A stretch of DNA of 20,702 bases, from assembly GCA_965197725.1 (NCBI GenBank), contig CBDANQ010000050.1, positions 1 to 20,702 on the forward strand, in the 5' to 3' direction. The position numbers and the translations under genes were made by a program. A model generated the notes under the pieces. The model saw only the letters and a program-made list of their open reading frames with translations, ran no database searches and was not told the origin of the DNA. Positions 1-8,558 of this stretch are shown here, piece after piece. The first letter of the stretch is position 1. Each line of letters starts with the position of its first letter. The DNA is from Longimicrobiales bacterium (lineage in GTDB: Bacteria > Gemmatimonadota > Gemmatimonadetes > Longimicrobiales > Gaopeijiaceae).

Positions 1-305
1 CGCGCGGCATCGGCCAGCAGCCCATAGCGTTCACGCAGAAGAGGGCTGCGCTCGACCTCGGTCAGTGTGGTCAGCGCGCCGATCTCGACACCGTCCGCGG
101 TCTCACGGATGCCCTTGAGCGCATCCAGACCTTCGAGGTCGATGACTGCCTCGGGCCCCTTTCCACGGTTCTTGAACCAGTCGAGGGAGTCGTAGCCCCC
201 AGCGAGTTTCCATCCGCGGCTACCGTATCGGTCGAGCAGTTGAATGGCGTCGTCCACGTTAGCCGGCTGGTAGAGCTCGAAGCCCGCCATCATATCATTC
301 ATCAT
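1..305 (-). CDS. FAD-binding subunit of xanthine dehydrogenase/aldehyde oxidoreductase family (CoxM/PaoB-like), 5' part only; runs off the window start
   Basis: Not in the ORF track. Manual translation from ATG at 305 gives MMNDMMAGFELYQPANVDDAIQLLDRYGSRGWKLAGGYDSLDWFKNRGKGPEAVIDLEGLDALKGIRETADGVEIGALTTLTEVERSPLLRERYGLLADAA. This matches the FAD_binding_5 N-terminus (P..V.EA, AGG.D FAD motif, IGAL.TL). A GAGG RBS overlaps the upstream TGA at 316-318. Confidence 0.9.
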   Translation of the reverse strand, partial: MMNDMMAGFELYQPANVDDAIQLLDRYGSRGWKLAGGYDSLDWFKNRGKGPEAVIDLEGLDALKGIRETADGVEIGALTTLTEVERSPLLRERYGLLADAA

Positions 306-315
306 GGGCTTTTCC

Positions 316-2715
316 TCACGGGGTGTTTACCTGGAGCGGCCTGTGCGACTGCGCCCGCTGCGAAACGGCGTTGATGATCATGTCGGCCACCACCGGTGTC
401 CGGTTGAAATAGTGTCCCCCGAGCGCGTCCGAGATCGCGCACACCAGCGCGGCGCCCGCGCAGCCCATGGTTGGCTCACCGATGCCTTTCGCCCCGACCG
501 GGTTATTTGGATCCGGCTGATCGACGGCGTGCCAATCCATCACGGACGGCACGTCGAGATAGGTGGGCGGTTTCGCCTGATAAAAGCCGACCGCCGCCGG
601 CAGACCCCAGTGTGCGTCGTAGATGTGACGCTCGGAGACGGCCATGCCGAACCCCTGCACGCCCCCGCCCTTGATCTGAGTCGCCAGCCCCTGCGGATGA
701 AGAACCGTCCCGCAGTCGGCTACGCCGAGGTAGTCGAGGATCTCGATGCTGCCTGTCTCGAGATCGAGCTCGATCTCGATGAAGCCGGCCGCGAGCGCTG
801 GAACCATCCCGGTCTGTTCGAGGTTGTCCCGAGCGACGCCGATCAGGCCGGTGCCGGCTAGGCCAGCGACGGCGCGGCGCGTCATATCGTTGATGTCCTC
901 GGGCGCCTCGTGGCCGCTGTACTCGCCGCCGATTTCGATCGCGGCCTGGGCGGCCTGCGCGTAGGTGAGCCTCCGGCCCGGGTTGCCTCGAGCGAAGACG
1001 GTCTCGTTGCCGATGTCGTAGTCCGACGCGGAGCCGCCGAGTCGGCGCGCGGCGATCTCCTTGAGCTTCCGAACCGCGTCCGTCGCGGCCGCGAAGTTCG
1101 TGCGCGTCATCGTGAACGTTGTGGTGCTGCCGTACTGCGCGAGATTCCAGGGCAGCCCCTTGCTCGAGTCACCCCGGATGATCTCGCTGTTCTCCCAGCG
1201 GTAATCGAGCACTTCGGCGGCGACCCGAGACGTCGATGCGTAGGAGTACGTGCCGAGGTTGCCGACGCCCGAATGGATGTGCAGCTTGCCGTCCGGCGTG
1301 ATACGCACCAGCCCGTCATAGCCACTATTCCCCGCTGCGTGGAACGCTTGCCCAACGCCGACGCCACGGACCTTCGAGCCGTCTCGTTGGCCACTCCGTG
1401 CGCGCCGCTCCTCCCATCCGAAGCGCTCGGCGCCCTGATCCAGTGCCTCGCGCAGGTAGGCGCTCGTGATCGGGCCGCGGTCCGCACCGTAGCGGGAGTC
1501 GTGGGTGGGCGCGTTGATGCGCCGGATCGCGACCTGGTCGAGACCGAGCCGCCTCGCTGCCTCGTCCAGGAGCGGTTCGATCGCGGTCGCCATCTGGTTC
1601 TGGCCCGGACCCCGCTGCGCTCCGCGCGGAGGCGTGTTGGTCAAAACCGCGAGCCCCCGATACCGCATGTTGAGCGGGGTGTAGACGATCGAGATCATAC
1701 TCCCCGCGGAGCCCATGTCGCCGCCGCCCCGGTTGGGCCCGTTCTCCTGTACGATGTACACGTCGACGGCCGTGATGCGGCCGTCGTCCCGGAATCCTAT
1801 CTTGATACGACCCTGGAAGCCGGGCCGCGCCGAGCCGAGGAAGTACTCCTCCGCGCGGCTGATCCTCATGAGCACCGGCCTCTGCGTCTTTCGTGACATG
1901 TGCGCCGGAATCGAGAGCAGGGGGTACGCCGTGCCTTTCGAGCCGAAGCCACCACCGCAGTACTCGGCGATGTAGACCAGATCCTCCTGTTCGATGCCGA
2001 TGTACGCGGCGATGCCCGGATGCACGTGGCTCTGGCTTTGGGTCGAGCCGTACAGGTAGCACTTCCCGTTCTGCCAGTACGCCATCGCTGTGCGCGGCTC
2101 CATCGAGTGATGCGACGTGCTCGCGGTGACGAACGTCTCGTCCAGGATGATACTCGCTTCAGCGAAGCCCGCGTCGATGTCACCGTACGACCACTCGGTG
2201 CCGGGCTCGCCCATCGGTAGCTCGCCTTCTCCGGCCGCCGCGAAGTCCTGCTCGGTCCATTTCACCTCCTGAACAGTCGTCCGCTCCACGACGGTGTTTC
2301 CGGCCGTGCGCGCGTTGGGGCCGCCCGGTCGCAGGCTCTCGAGCGGGTCCACGCAGAAGGGGAGCGCCTCGAGGTCGAGCTCGATCGCCTCGATCGCGTT
2401 CTGGGCGATCGTCTCGGTGACCGCGGCGACCGCCAAGATGGGCTCGCCGACGAAGTGGGGCTCGTTGGTCAGAATGTTGTTGGCGAGACCGGGCTGCTCC
2501 GGAACTTCGTCCGCAGTCAGGATCGCCACGACCCCTTCCATCGCGAGCGCCGCGGACGAATCGATTCCCAGCACACGACAGTGCGGCATCGGGCTCTTCA
2601 GAAGGCGGCAAAAGAGCATGCCGTCCATGCGGAAATCTTCCGCGTATTTCGCGCGACCCGTCACTTTCCCATGGATGTCGGGTGGCGTGAAGTCCTTCCC
2701 GAGTAGGTCAGCCAT
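316..2715 (-). CDS. Molybdopterin-binding large subunit, xanthine dehydrogenase/aldehyde oxidoreductase family (~799 aa)
   Basis: Motifs GKVTGRAKYAED, HHSMEP, GGGFGSK, RGPG, DCGTVLHP..QIKGG and AKGIGEP (catalytic Glu). Start moved to ATG 2715 (MADLLGK), which has GGAGG upstream and lies 1 nt after the small-subunit stop. Confidence 0.93.
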   Translation of the reverse strand: MADLLGKDFTPPDIHGKVTGRAKYAEDFRMDGMLFCRLLKSPMPHCRVLGIDSSAALAMEGVVAILTADEVPEQPGLANNILTNEPHFVGEPILAVAAVTETIAQNAIEAIELDLEALPFCVDPLESLRPGGPNARTAGNTVVERTTVQEVKWTEQDFAAAGEGELPMGEPGTEWSYGDIDAGFAEASIILDETFVTASTSHHSMEPRTAMAYWQNGKCYLYGSTQSQSHVHPGIAAYIGIEQEDLVYIAEYCGGGFGSKGTAYPLLSIPAHMSRKTQRPVLMRISRAEEYFLGSARPGFQGRIKIGFRDDGRITAVDVYIVQENGPNRGGGDMGSAGSMISIVYTPLNMRYRGLAVLTNTPPRGAQRGPGQNQMATAIEPLLDEAARRLGLDQVAIRRINAPTHDSRYGADRGPITSAYLREALDQGAERFGWEERRARSGQRDGSKVRGVGVGQAFHAAGNSGYDGLVRITPDGKLHIHSGVGNLGTYSYASTSRVAAEVLDYRWENSEIIRGDSSKGLPWNLAQYGSTTTFTMTRTNFAAATDAVRKLKEIAARRLGGSASDYDIGNETVFARGNPGRRLTYAQAAQAAIEIGGEYSGHEAPEDINDMTRRAVAGLAGTGLIGVARDNLEQTGMVPALAAGFIEIELDLETGSIEILDYLGVADCGTVLHPQGLATQIKGGGVQGFGMAVSERHIYDAHWGLPAAVGFYQAKPPTYLDVPSVMDWHAVDQPDPNNPVGAKGIGEPTMGCAGAALVCAISDALGGHYFNRTPVVADMIINAVSQRAQSHRPLQVNTP

Positions 2716-2716
2716 C

Positions 2717-3361
2717 TTATACCTCCCTCGCGGCACGCATCACGCCGTTCAAGTAGTGATCGTAGGCGCCGCACCGGCACAGGTTGCCCGACATTCCTTC
2801 GCGGGCCTCCTGTCGGGTCGGATTCGGATTCGCGCGCAGCAGCGCGACCGCGGACATCACCTGGCCCGGTGTGCAGAACCCGCACTGCGGACCTAGCTCG
2901 TCGATGAACGCCTGTTGGACCGGATGCAGGGTGCCGTCCGGACTCTCGAGCCCCTCGACGGTCGTGATCTGTCGGTCGCGCACACGATGCGTAAGCGTCG
3001 AGCACGAATAGTGGTTCACGTCGTCGATCAGAACCGTACAGGCGCCGCACTCACCGCGGTCGCAGCCTAGCTTGGTGCCGGTTAGGCCGAGCTTGTAGCG
3101 CAGCGTCATCGCTAGGGTCTCACCCGGCAGTACATCGACGCGGCGCACCTGACCGTTCACGGTCAAGGAAAGCAGCCGCTCTACGCCGCCGGTCTGGGCC
3201 GGTAATGGTGTCGTACATCCAGCTCCGAAGTACGACATGCCGGATACGGAGACACCGGACGCGATCACTCCTTTGATGAAGTCCCGACGCGACCAACTCG
3301 ATGGCGTGGCCGCAAGGGTGACCGTCGTGCCCGATCCCTCGAACGAGTCCATCTCGCTCAC
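2717..3361 (-). CDS. 2Fe-2S small subunit of the molybdoenzyme with a twin-arginine signal (PaoA-like)
   Basis: GTKLGCDRGECGACTV and QCGFCTPG...GNLCRCGAY Fer2/Fer2_2 motifs. N-terminal SRRDFIK Tat motif. AGGAG RBS before the GTG start. Confidence 0.93.
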   Translation of the reverse strand: MSEMDSFEGSGTTVTLAATPSSWSRRDFIKGVIASGVSVSGMSYFGAGCTTPLPAQTGGVERLLSLTVNGQVRRVDVLPGETLAMTLRYKLGLTGTKLGCDRGECGACTVLIDDVNHYSCSTLTHRVRDRQITTVEGLESPDGTLHPVQQAFIDELGPQCGFCTPGQVMSAVALLRANPNPTRQEAREGMSGNLCRCGAYDHYLNGVMRAAREV

Positions 3362-3534
3362 GTTGCTACTCCTGTTGAGGCACTACGGTATGGTATGGTG
3401 CGTGGCGGCAACGGGCAACAGTGTCTAGCAGGATGTCGAGGGTGATGGAAGTCCCGTACGACGGGTGTGCGTCATCATTGACGGATCTGAATCGAAGGTC
3501 TGGTCGGGCGGGGCCCAATGACTGATCCTACCAC

Positions 3535-4575
3535 ATGACTGAGTTCTTCCAGATCGCGTGGGTACAGCGGACCGTCCTCGTCGTTGGCGGTGCGCTCGTC
3601 GGCGTCCTTCTCGAACGCGTCGTTGTCGAGCGCGCTCACCGCGTGGCACGGAAAACGCGCTTCAAGTGGGACGATCTGATCGTCGAGTCGGTCCGAGGCG
3701 TGCCGACCGTCTGGCTCACCTGCGCGGGGATCTACCTAGCGCTGAGCGTGGGAACGCTCGACCCGCTGCTCGTGAGCACAGTGGTGAGTGTACTCACGGT
3801 CGTCCTGATCGGCTCCATCGCGATCGCGGGCATGCGTGCGACGGGAGGCGCGGTCGAGATGCTCTCGGGCCGTGCCGAGGGAGCGATCGGATCCCCGACG
3901 CTCGTAGTGAACATGGCCCGACTCGCCGTGGGCGTGCTCGGCGTTTTCATCATTCTGCAGAACCTCGGCATCAACATCACCCCGCTCATCACGGCGCTGG
4001 GCATTGGTGGTCTCGCGGTCGCGCTCGCGTTGCAGGACACGCTCGGGAACCTCTTCGCGGGCGTTCAGATCATTCTCTCGAAGCAGGTCCGTCCGCAGGA
4101 CTACGTGCGGCTCGACTCAGGAGAGGAGGGTTGGGTCACGGACGTGAAGAGCCGCAATACGACGATCCTCACCTTCCCGGATAGCAACCTCTTGGCGGTG
4201 CCGAACTCGGTGCTGGCGTCTTCGATCGTGAAGAACTTCAGCATGCCACGGAAGGCGCTTTGGGTCAGCGTCGAGGTGGGTGTGAGTTACGACAGCGATC
4301 TCGAGTCCGTAGAGCGAGTGACGCTCGACGTCGCGCGCCAGGTCGTGTCCGCCGTGGACGGTGGAGAGTCGGGCGAAGGTCCCGTCGTGCGCTTTCACAC
4401 ATTCGGTGACTCCAGCATCAACTTTGAGATCCGCATGCTGGTGCGGGAGTTCGAGAGCCAAGGGCCGGTCCGCCATGAGTTGATCAAGCGTCTGCACGAG
4501 CGCTTCAACGAGGAGGGGATCGAGATTCCGTTCCCGATCCGCACGGTGCTCATGAAGGGCGGCGAGGGAGCGTAA
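3535..4575 (+). CDS. mscS: Small-conductance mechanosensitive channel family protein
   Basis: LGIGGLAVALALQDTLGNLFAG pore-helix motif, VPNS, VGVSYDSD, FGDSSINF and GIEIPFP; several N-terminal TM helices. Confidence 0.93.
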   Translation: MTEFFQIAWVQRTVLVVGGALVGVLLERVVVERAHRVARKTRFKWDDLIVESVRGVPTVWLTCAGIYLALSVGTLDPLLVSTVVSVLTVVLIGSIAIAGMRATGGAVEMLSGRAEGAIGSPTLVVNMARLAVGVLGVFIILQNLGINITPLITALGIGGLAVALALQDTLGNLFAGVQIILSKQVRPQDYVRLDSGEEGWVTDVKSRNTTILTFPDSNLLAVPNSVLASSIVKNFSMPRKALWVSVEVGVSYDSDLESVERVTLDVARQVVSAVDGGESGEGPVVRFHTFGDSSINFEIRMLVREFESQGPVRHELIKRLHERFNEEGIEIPFPIRTVLMKGGEGA

Positions 4576-4589
4576 CTTTTCTCACTTGC

Positions 4590-4613
4590 TCCCCGCCACG
4601 CGGGGATCTATCT
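4590..4613 (+). terminator. Possible intrinsic terminator hairpin after mscS
   Basis: Perfect 7-bp stem TCCCCGC-cac-GCGGGGA (4590-4606) followed by TCTATCT, 14 nt after the mscS stop. The U-tract is weak. Confidence 0.3.
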
Positions 4614-4648
4614 GTACGATCCCCTAGAACCCTTGCCGAGGTAGCAGG

Positions 4649-5635
4649 TTGGCGAATCAGCCACGGCTCGCCACGGAGTCGATCGCGGGCCAAAGGCCGT
4701 ATCAGGAAGACACCGTGTTCGCGCGGGCGCTCTCTGACGCACGCACGCTCGTGGCCGTCGCCGACGGCATGGGCGGTCACGCTGCCGGCGACGTCGCCAG
4801 CGCGCTGGCGATGGAGACACTCGTGGCTGAGCTCGAGGACGGCAAGAGCCTGGTGGAGGCGTTCACGGCAGCGAACGCACAGGTGTATTCGAAGTCGATG
4901 GAACCCGGGAAGCATGGCATGGGGACGACGATGGTCGCGGCGGTCGTCGAAGGAGACGAATTCACGGTGGCCAATGTGGGCGACAGTCGCTGCTACCTGG
5001 TCGCCGCCGACGGGATCAAGCAGCTGAGCGAGGACCACTCGTTCGTCGCCGAAGCGATCAAGCGCGGCCAGTCCGAGGAGGAAGCGCAGGCCTCGAAGTT
5101 CCGGGACGCGCTGACTCGATCCATCGGGATCGACGAAGAGGTCGACGTCGATGCGTTCGGTCCGTTTCCGGTCGAGAACAATACCGCGCTCTTCCTCTGC
5201 TCGGACGGCCTCTACAAGGTCATGAAGGACGCTCGCATCCGAGAGCTGTTCGGTCAGTCCGGCGGCCCTAGAGGTGCGGCACAATCGATGGTGGCCACGG
5301 CGTACGAGGACGGTAGCGATGACAATATCTCCGTGGCGATCGCCGAGTTCGGCGAGGTGAGGCGCGACCGTGCCACGGGAACGGCCCCGATCGGCTTCGA
5401 GCCACCCCCGGCGGGCGACCAGGGCGACGCGGGCGAGGATGACGACGCGGCCGCCGATGCAGCGCAACCAGCCGATGTCGAAGTCTCAAGAGACGCCTGG
5501 AACGACGACTGGGACCGGTCGACTTCGGCGGTCACCTCGTCGGGCCCGCCGACCCGCATGATCGTCGCTATCGTGGTCGGCGCTGGCGTGCTCGGCGTCC
5601 TCGCGACGCTGTTTTTCTTGTTGTTGGCGGGCTAG
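4649..5635 (+). CDS. PP2C/PPM-family Ser/Thr phosphatase (Stp1/PrpC-like) with acidic linker and C-terminal membrane anchor
   Basis: All PPM motifs present: RPYQED, VADGMGGH, GMGTT, NVGDSRCY, LTRSIG, LCSDGL, DDNIS. Hydrophobic C-terminal helix MIVAIVVGAGVLGVLATLFFLLL. TTG start with GAGG upstream. Confidence 0.92.
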   Translation: MANQPRLATESIAGQRPYQEDTVFARALSDARTLVAVADGMGGHAAGDVASALAMETLVAELEDGKSLVEAFTAANAQVYSKSMEPGKHGMGTTMVAAVVEGDEFTVANVGDSRCYLVAADGIKQLSEDHSFVAEAIKRGQSEEEAQASKFRDALTRSIGIDEEVDVDAFGPFPVENNTALFLCSDGLYKVMKDARIRELFGQSGGPRGAAQSMVATAYEDGSDDNISVAIAEFGEVRRDRATGTAPIGFEPPPAGDQGDAGEDDDAAADAAQPADVEVSRDAWNDDWDRSTSAVTSSGPPTRMIVAIVVGAGVLGVLATLFFLLLAG

Positions 5636-5673
5636 GAACGCTCGATTCTCCACGCCGGCGCCCCGAAGCTCGA

Positions 5674-6402
5674 CTAGGCGATGTCTCCGACGTAGGTCAG
5701 CTTCAGGCCCTTCACGTCGACGACGTCGCCGTCCTTGAGGCTCGCTTTCTTGGTCGACTGCCCATTCACCTTGATCGCCCCGAACGCCGCCAGCCAACGC
5801 ACGTCGGAGGCGTCCTTGGTGTTCATGAGCAGCAGGTGATGCTTCGGGCCGGTCGGGACCCGTACATCGCACAGGTCGTCGGTGCCGAAGAGCGCCGCGG
5901 GTGCTTCAGACAGGTAGTGTTGGCCTCTCTGGCCGCCTGATTCCCACACAACATGGGCGCGCCTCTTCCGCTCGGCGTCTTTGAGAAGCTCCTGAACCTC
6001 ATGCCCCTTGATGTGCATCGTACCTTCGGCGGCGTGCATCGAGGGGGCAGCGGCGGCGGCTGGGGCGGCGGCAGCTGCCGGAGCCGCGGCCGGAGCCGCT
6101 TCGTCCTGACCCACGACTTTCCCGAAGACGACGGAGAATTTGCCGAAGGCAACCTCCGTGCCCTCCCGCACCGCGCGGGGACCTTCGAGACGCTCTTCAC
6201 CGATGAAGGTGCCGTTCGAGGAGCCCAAGTCCTCCACGACCCAGCCGTCGCCTTCCTGCCGGAATTCGGCGTGACGGCGTGACATGGATGGGTTGTCGAT
6301 TAGGATGTCCGTGTCCTCGCCGCGGCCTACGACGATCGAGGTCTGGTCGAGGTCGAAAACCTGCATGGTCTTGCGACCGAGAAGCAAACTCATCTTCGGC
6401 AT
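5674..6402 (-). CDS. FHA-domain protein (canonical N-terminal FHA, Ala/Pro linker, degenerate C-terminal FHA-like domain)
   Basis: VGR...SMSRRHA...DLGSSNGT canonical FHA signature. The C-terminal FGTDDLCDV...VNGQ...LKDGDVV is FHA-like but lacks the GR and SxxH motifs. Confidence 0.88.
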   Translation of the reverse strand: MPKMSLLLGRKTMQVFDLDQTSIVVGRGEDTDILIDNPSMSRRHAEFRQEGDGWVVEDLGSSNGTFIGEERLEGPRAVREGTEVAFGKFSVVFGKVVGQDEAAPAAAPAAAAAPAAAAAPSMHAAEGTMHIKGHEVQELLKDAERKRRAHVVWESGGQRGQHYLSEAPAALFGTDDLCDVRVPTGPKHHLLLMNTKDASDVRWLAAFGAIKVNGQSTKKASLKDGDVVDVKGLKLTYVGDIA

Positions 6403-6512
6403 ATCGGCTCCCCCAATGGCCTGGAAGGATGGGCGATCGCCCCGATCGACGCAGCCATTATGCCGTGCCGCGAACCGCGCTGTCCAGTGTGGCCTCCCAC
6501 CTCATGACGCGC

Positions 6513-8445
6513 TCAGCCGCCTCCTTGCGCGGAGAAGCAGCCTGGATGGCCGGGCAGCATGGCCAGGCATTCCTGGATGAGGGCGTCCGCTCGGTCGGCA
6601 GCGCCGTCCGAGCGGGCCGCGTGGGCATCCCATGCCATCCGTTCCGCGACCTTCAGCGTGAGTGACCGGGCTTCGGCACTTTCCGGGTCGAGCGTGGCGA
6701 TCCGCGCAGCGTAGGTTCGCACATCGTTTCCGCTGCCGAAGTAGCGCATCTGCGCTTGCGCTTCACCTGCCATGCCGAGCAAACGCGCGATCTCCCAGGA
6801 GGTGTCCACGTTCAGCCCGGCCGACCGCAGTCGCTCCAGGGCGGCGGCCTTGGCGTCGTCCGCCAGCGGCACTCGGTAAGGGGCTGGGTAGCGGCCCCAC
6901 GGCCAACTGACCTTCGATTCCCGCTTCCGTGAGCCAAGCGCTTATTACGCTGGAAGCCTTGGCCTCGAGACCAGCCACGTCCAAGGTACGGCCCCACGGC
7001 TGTAGCGCCATGGCGACCCCTCCGCCAACGAGGATGAGCACCGCTGCGGCAACGAGGGCGGGGTTCCGCCGGGCTGACGCCCCCACACCCGCCGTGCGGA
7101 GCGTTGCGACGATCGTGAGGTCCTCCATCGAGCCGGCGTCGAGGGTGATGCTCGTCTCCATCGGCTCAAAGCGCTCGTCGGTGACCTGCACCTTGTACGT
7201 ACCGGCGGACACCGCGTTCGCGACACACGGAGTCGGACCTTCGGCGATCACCGAGCGACCCGAGCGGACCTCGACCTCGACGCCGGGCTCGTCCGTCAGC
7301 ACCCGCAGGGACCCGGCCTCGACGTCCGCCGCACCTTCCTGGACCCGGAGCAGAGCGTCGCGCAGGTCCTCGGCTGTCTGGTAGCGTTGGTCAGGATCAC
7401 GACGTATCAGCTTCATTACAACGTTCTGCATCGCGGGCGGTACGTCGACGCCGGTATCCGCCCACGGGCGGACATCGCCGCGTTCCGTGGCTACCATCAG
7501 CTCGTAGATCTGCGTGGTCGACGTGTGCGCGAGGTTGCTGAGCCAGGGATCGCGGCCCGTGAGCAGCTCATAGAGGATGACGCCGAACGCGAAGAGGTCC
7601 GTGCGGCCGTCGACGGCTTCGGCCCGCAGTTGCTCCGGAGCGGCGTAGCCGGGAGTACCCAAGGTGCCGACCGTGGTCAGTCGGCTGTCGGTCTCTTTCT
7701 CCGCGATCTTGGCGATCCCGAAGTCGAGGACCTTGCACAGCTCTTCGCCGTTCCGGTCCAACGTCATCATGATGTTCTCGAGCTTCATGTCACGGTGTAC
7801 GACCGGCTCGGCATGCGCAGCGATGAGGGCGTCGCAAACGTGGAGCCCCACCTTGATTGCGCGTCCGACGCTGAACGGTCCGTCTTCCTCGACGACTTTG
7901 GAGAGCGGTCGGCCTTCGACGTACTCCATAACGAGGTATACGAGTCCGGCGTCGAAATCCTCCTCGTAGGCGCTCAACCCCACGATGTGCTTCGATTCCT
8001 TCCCGAGCCGCTTCATGATCTGCGCTTCTCGAAGGAAGCGCTTCTTCATGTTCTCGCCTTCCGCGCCGGTCAGCTTGTCTACGCTGAGGATCTTCATGGC
8101 TTCGACCCGGCCACCGGCCACGTCCTCGACCTTGTAAACCGTTCCAAAGGCGCCTGCACCGAGTCGTTTCAGGACCTTCCATTTGTCGCGCAGCATCGTG
8201 CCGACGAGGGGGTCCTGCTCATCCTCCGCTGCCACTGCCTCGGCGGCCTCGGACTCTACCGCGTGAGCGATGTCTTCGGGGTTCCAGGCCATCGTAGCGC
8301 CCGGGTCCCAAGCGACTGTCGCACCTGGATCAGGTGGCGTCGCGCCCGGATCAGGTGGCGTCGGGTCCGGATCGGGTGGCGTCGCGCCCGGATCGGGCAG
8401 GATGGGCTCCTGCGCCTCTCTGTTGGGATCGTCGGGGTTCGACAC
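6513..8445 (-). CDS. Hanks-type Ser/Thr protein kinase with PEGA-like domain, TM helix and C-terminal TPR-like extracytoplasmic region; apparent +1 frameshift at ~6886-6888 (~643 aa reconstructed)
   Basis: GAGAFGTV, AMK, HRDMKLEN, DFG, GTPGYAAPE and DLFAFG motifs are intact. Removing one base from the GGG at 6886-6888 joins ORF 6763..8565 to ORF 6513..6872 (…VGPLPAPYRVPLADDAK…). Start is uncertain; GTG 8445 is preferred because 8565 overlaps the divergent gene. Confidence 0.88.
8281..8397 (-). repeat. Coding tandem repeat in the kinase N-terminus (21-bp units, then 24-bp units)
   Basis: Three near-identical 21-bp units at 8335-8355, 8356-8376 and 8377-8397 (PDPGATP/PDPDPTP), followed in the protein by DPGATVAW-DPGATMAW. 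Confidence 0.85.
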
Positions 8446-8558
8446 GGCCTTCAGCGCTTCGCCATGGGTGGACACGTCGAACGTAGGGATCGGCTCGAGC
8501 GCCTGCAATTCCGACGGAGCCCCTTGCCACGTGGAGACGCACACTTTCCCTTGGTTCG

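Noticed and set aside
304..2896. Long plus-strand ORFs opposite the molybdoenzyme genes (304..861, 910..1896, 2294..2896)
   Set aside because: Antisense shadow ORFs typical of GC-rich coding DNA; Arg-rich with no recognisable motifs.
3362..3534. Divergent intergenic region checked for a Moco riboswitch or operator; contains GGTATGGTATGGT
   Set aside because: No convincing structure or palindrome could be identified by eye; an Rfam/Infernal search would be needed.
6044..6100. GC-rich low-complexity tract
   Set aside because: Simply encodes the Ala/Pro linker of the FHA protein.
8281..8397. Possible CRISPR-like repeat array
   Set aside because: Units are directly adjacent with no spacers, are multiples of 3 nt within a coding frame, and no cas genes are present.
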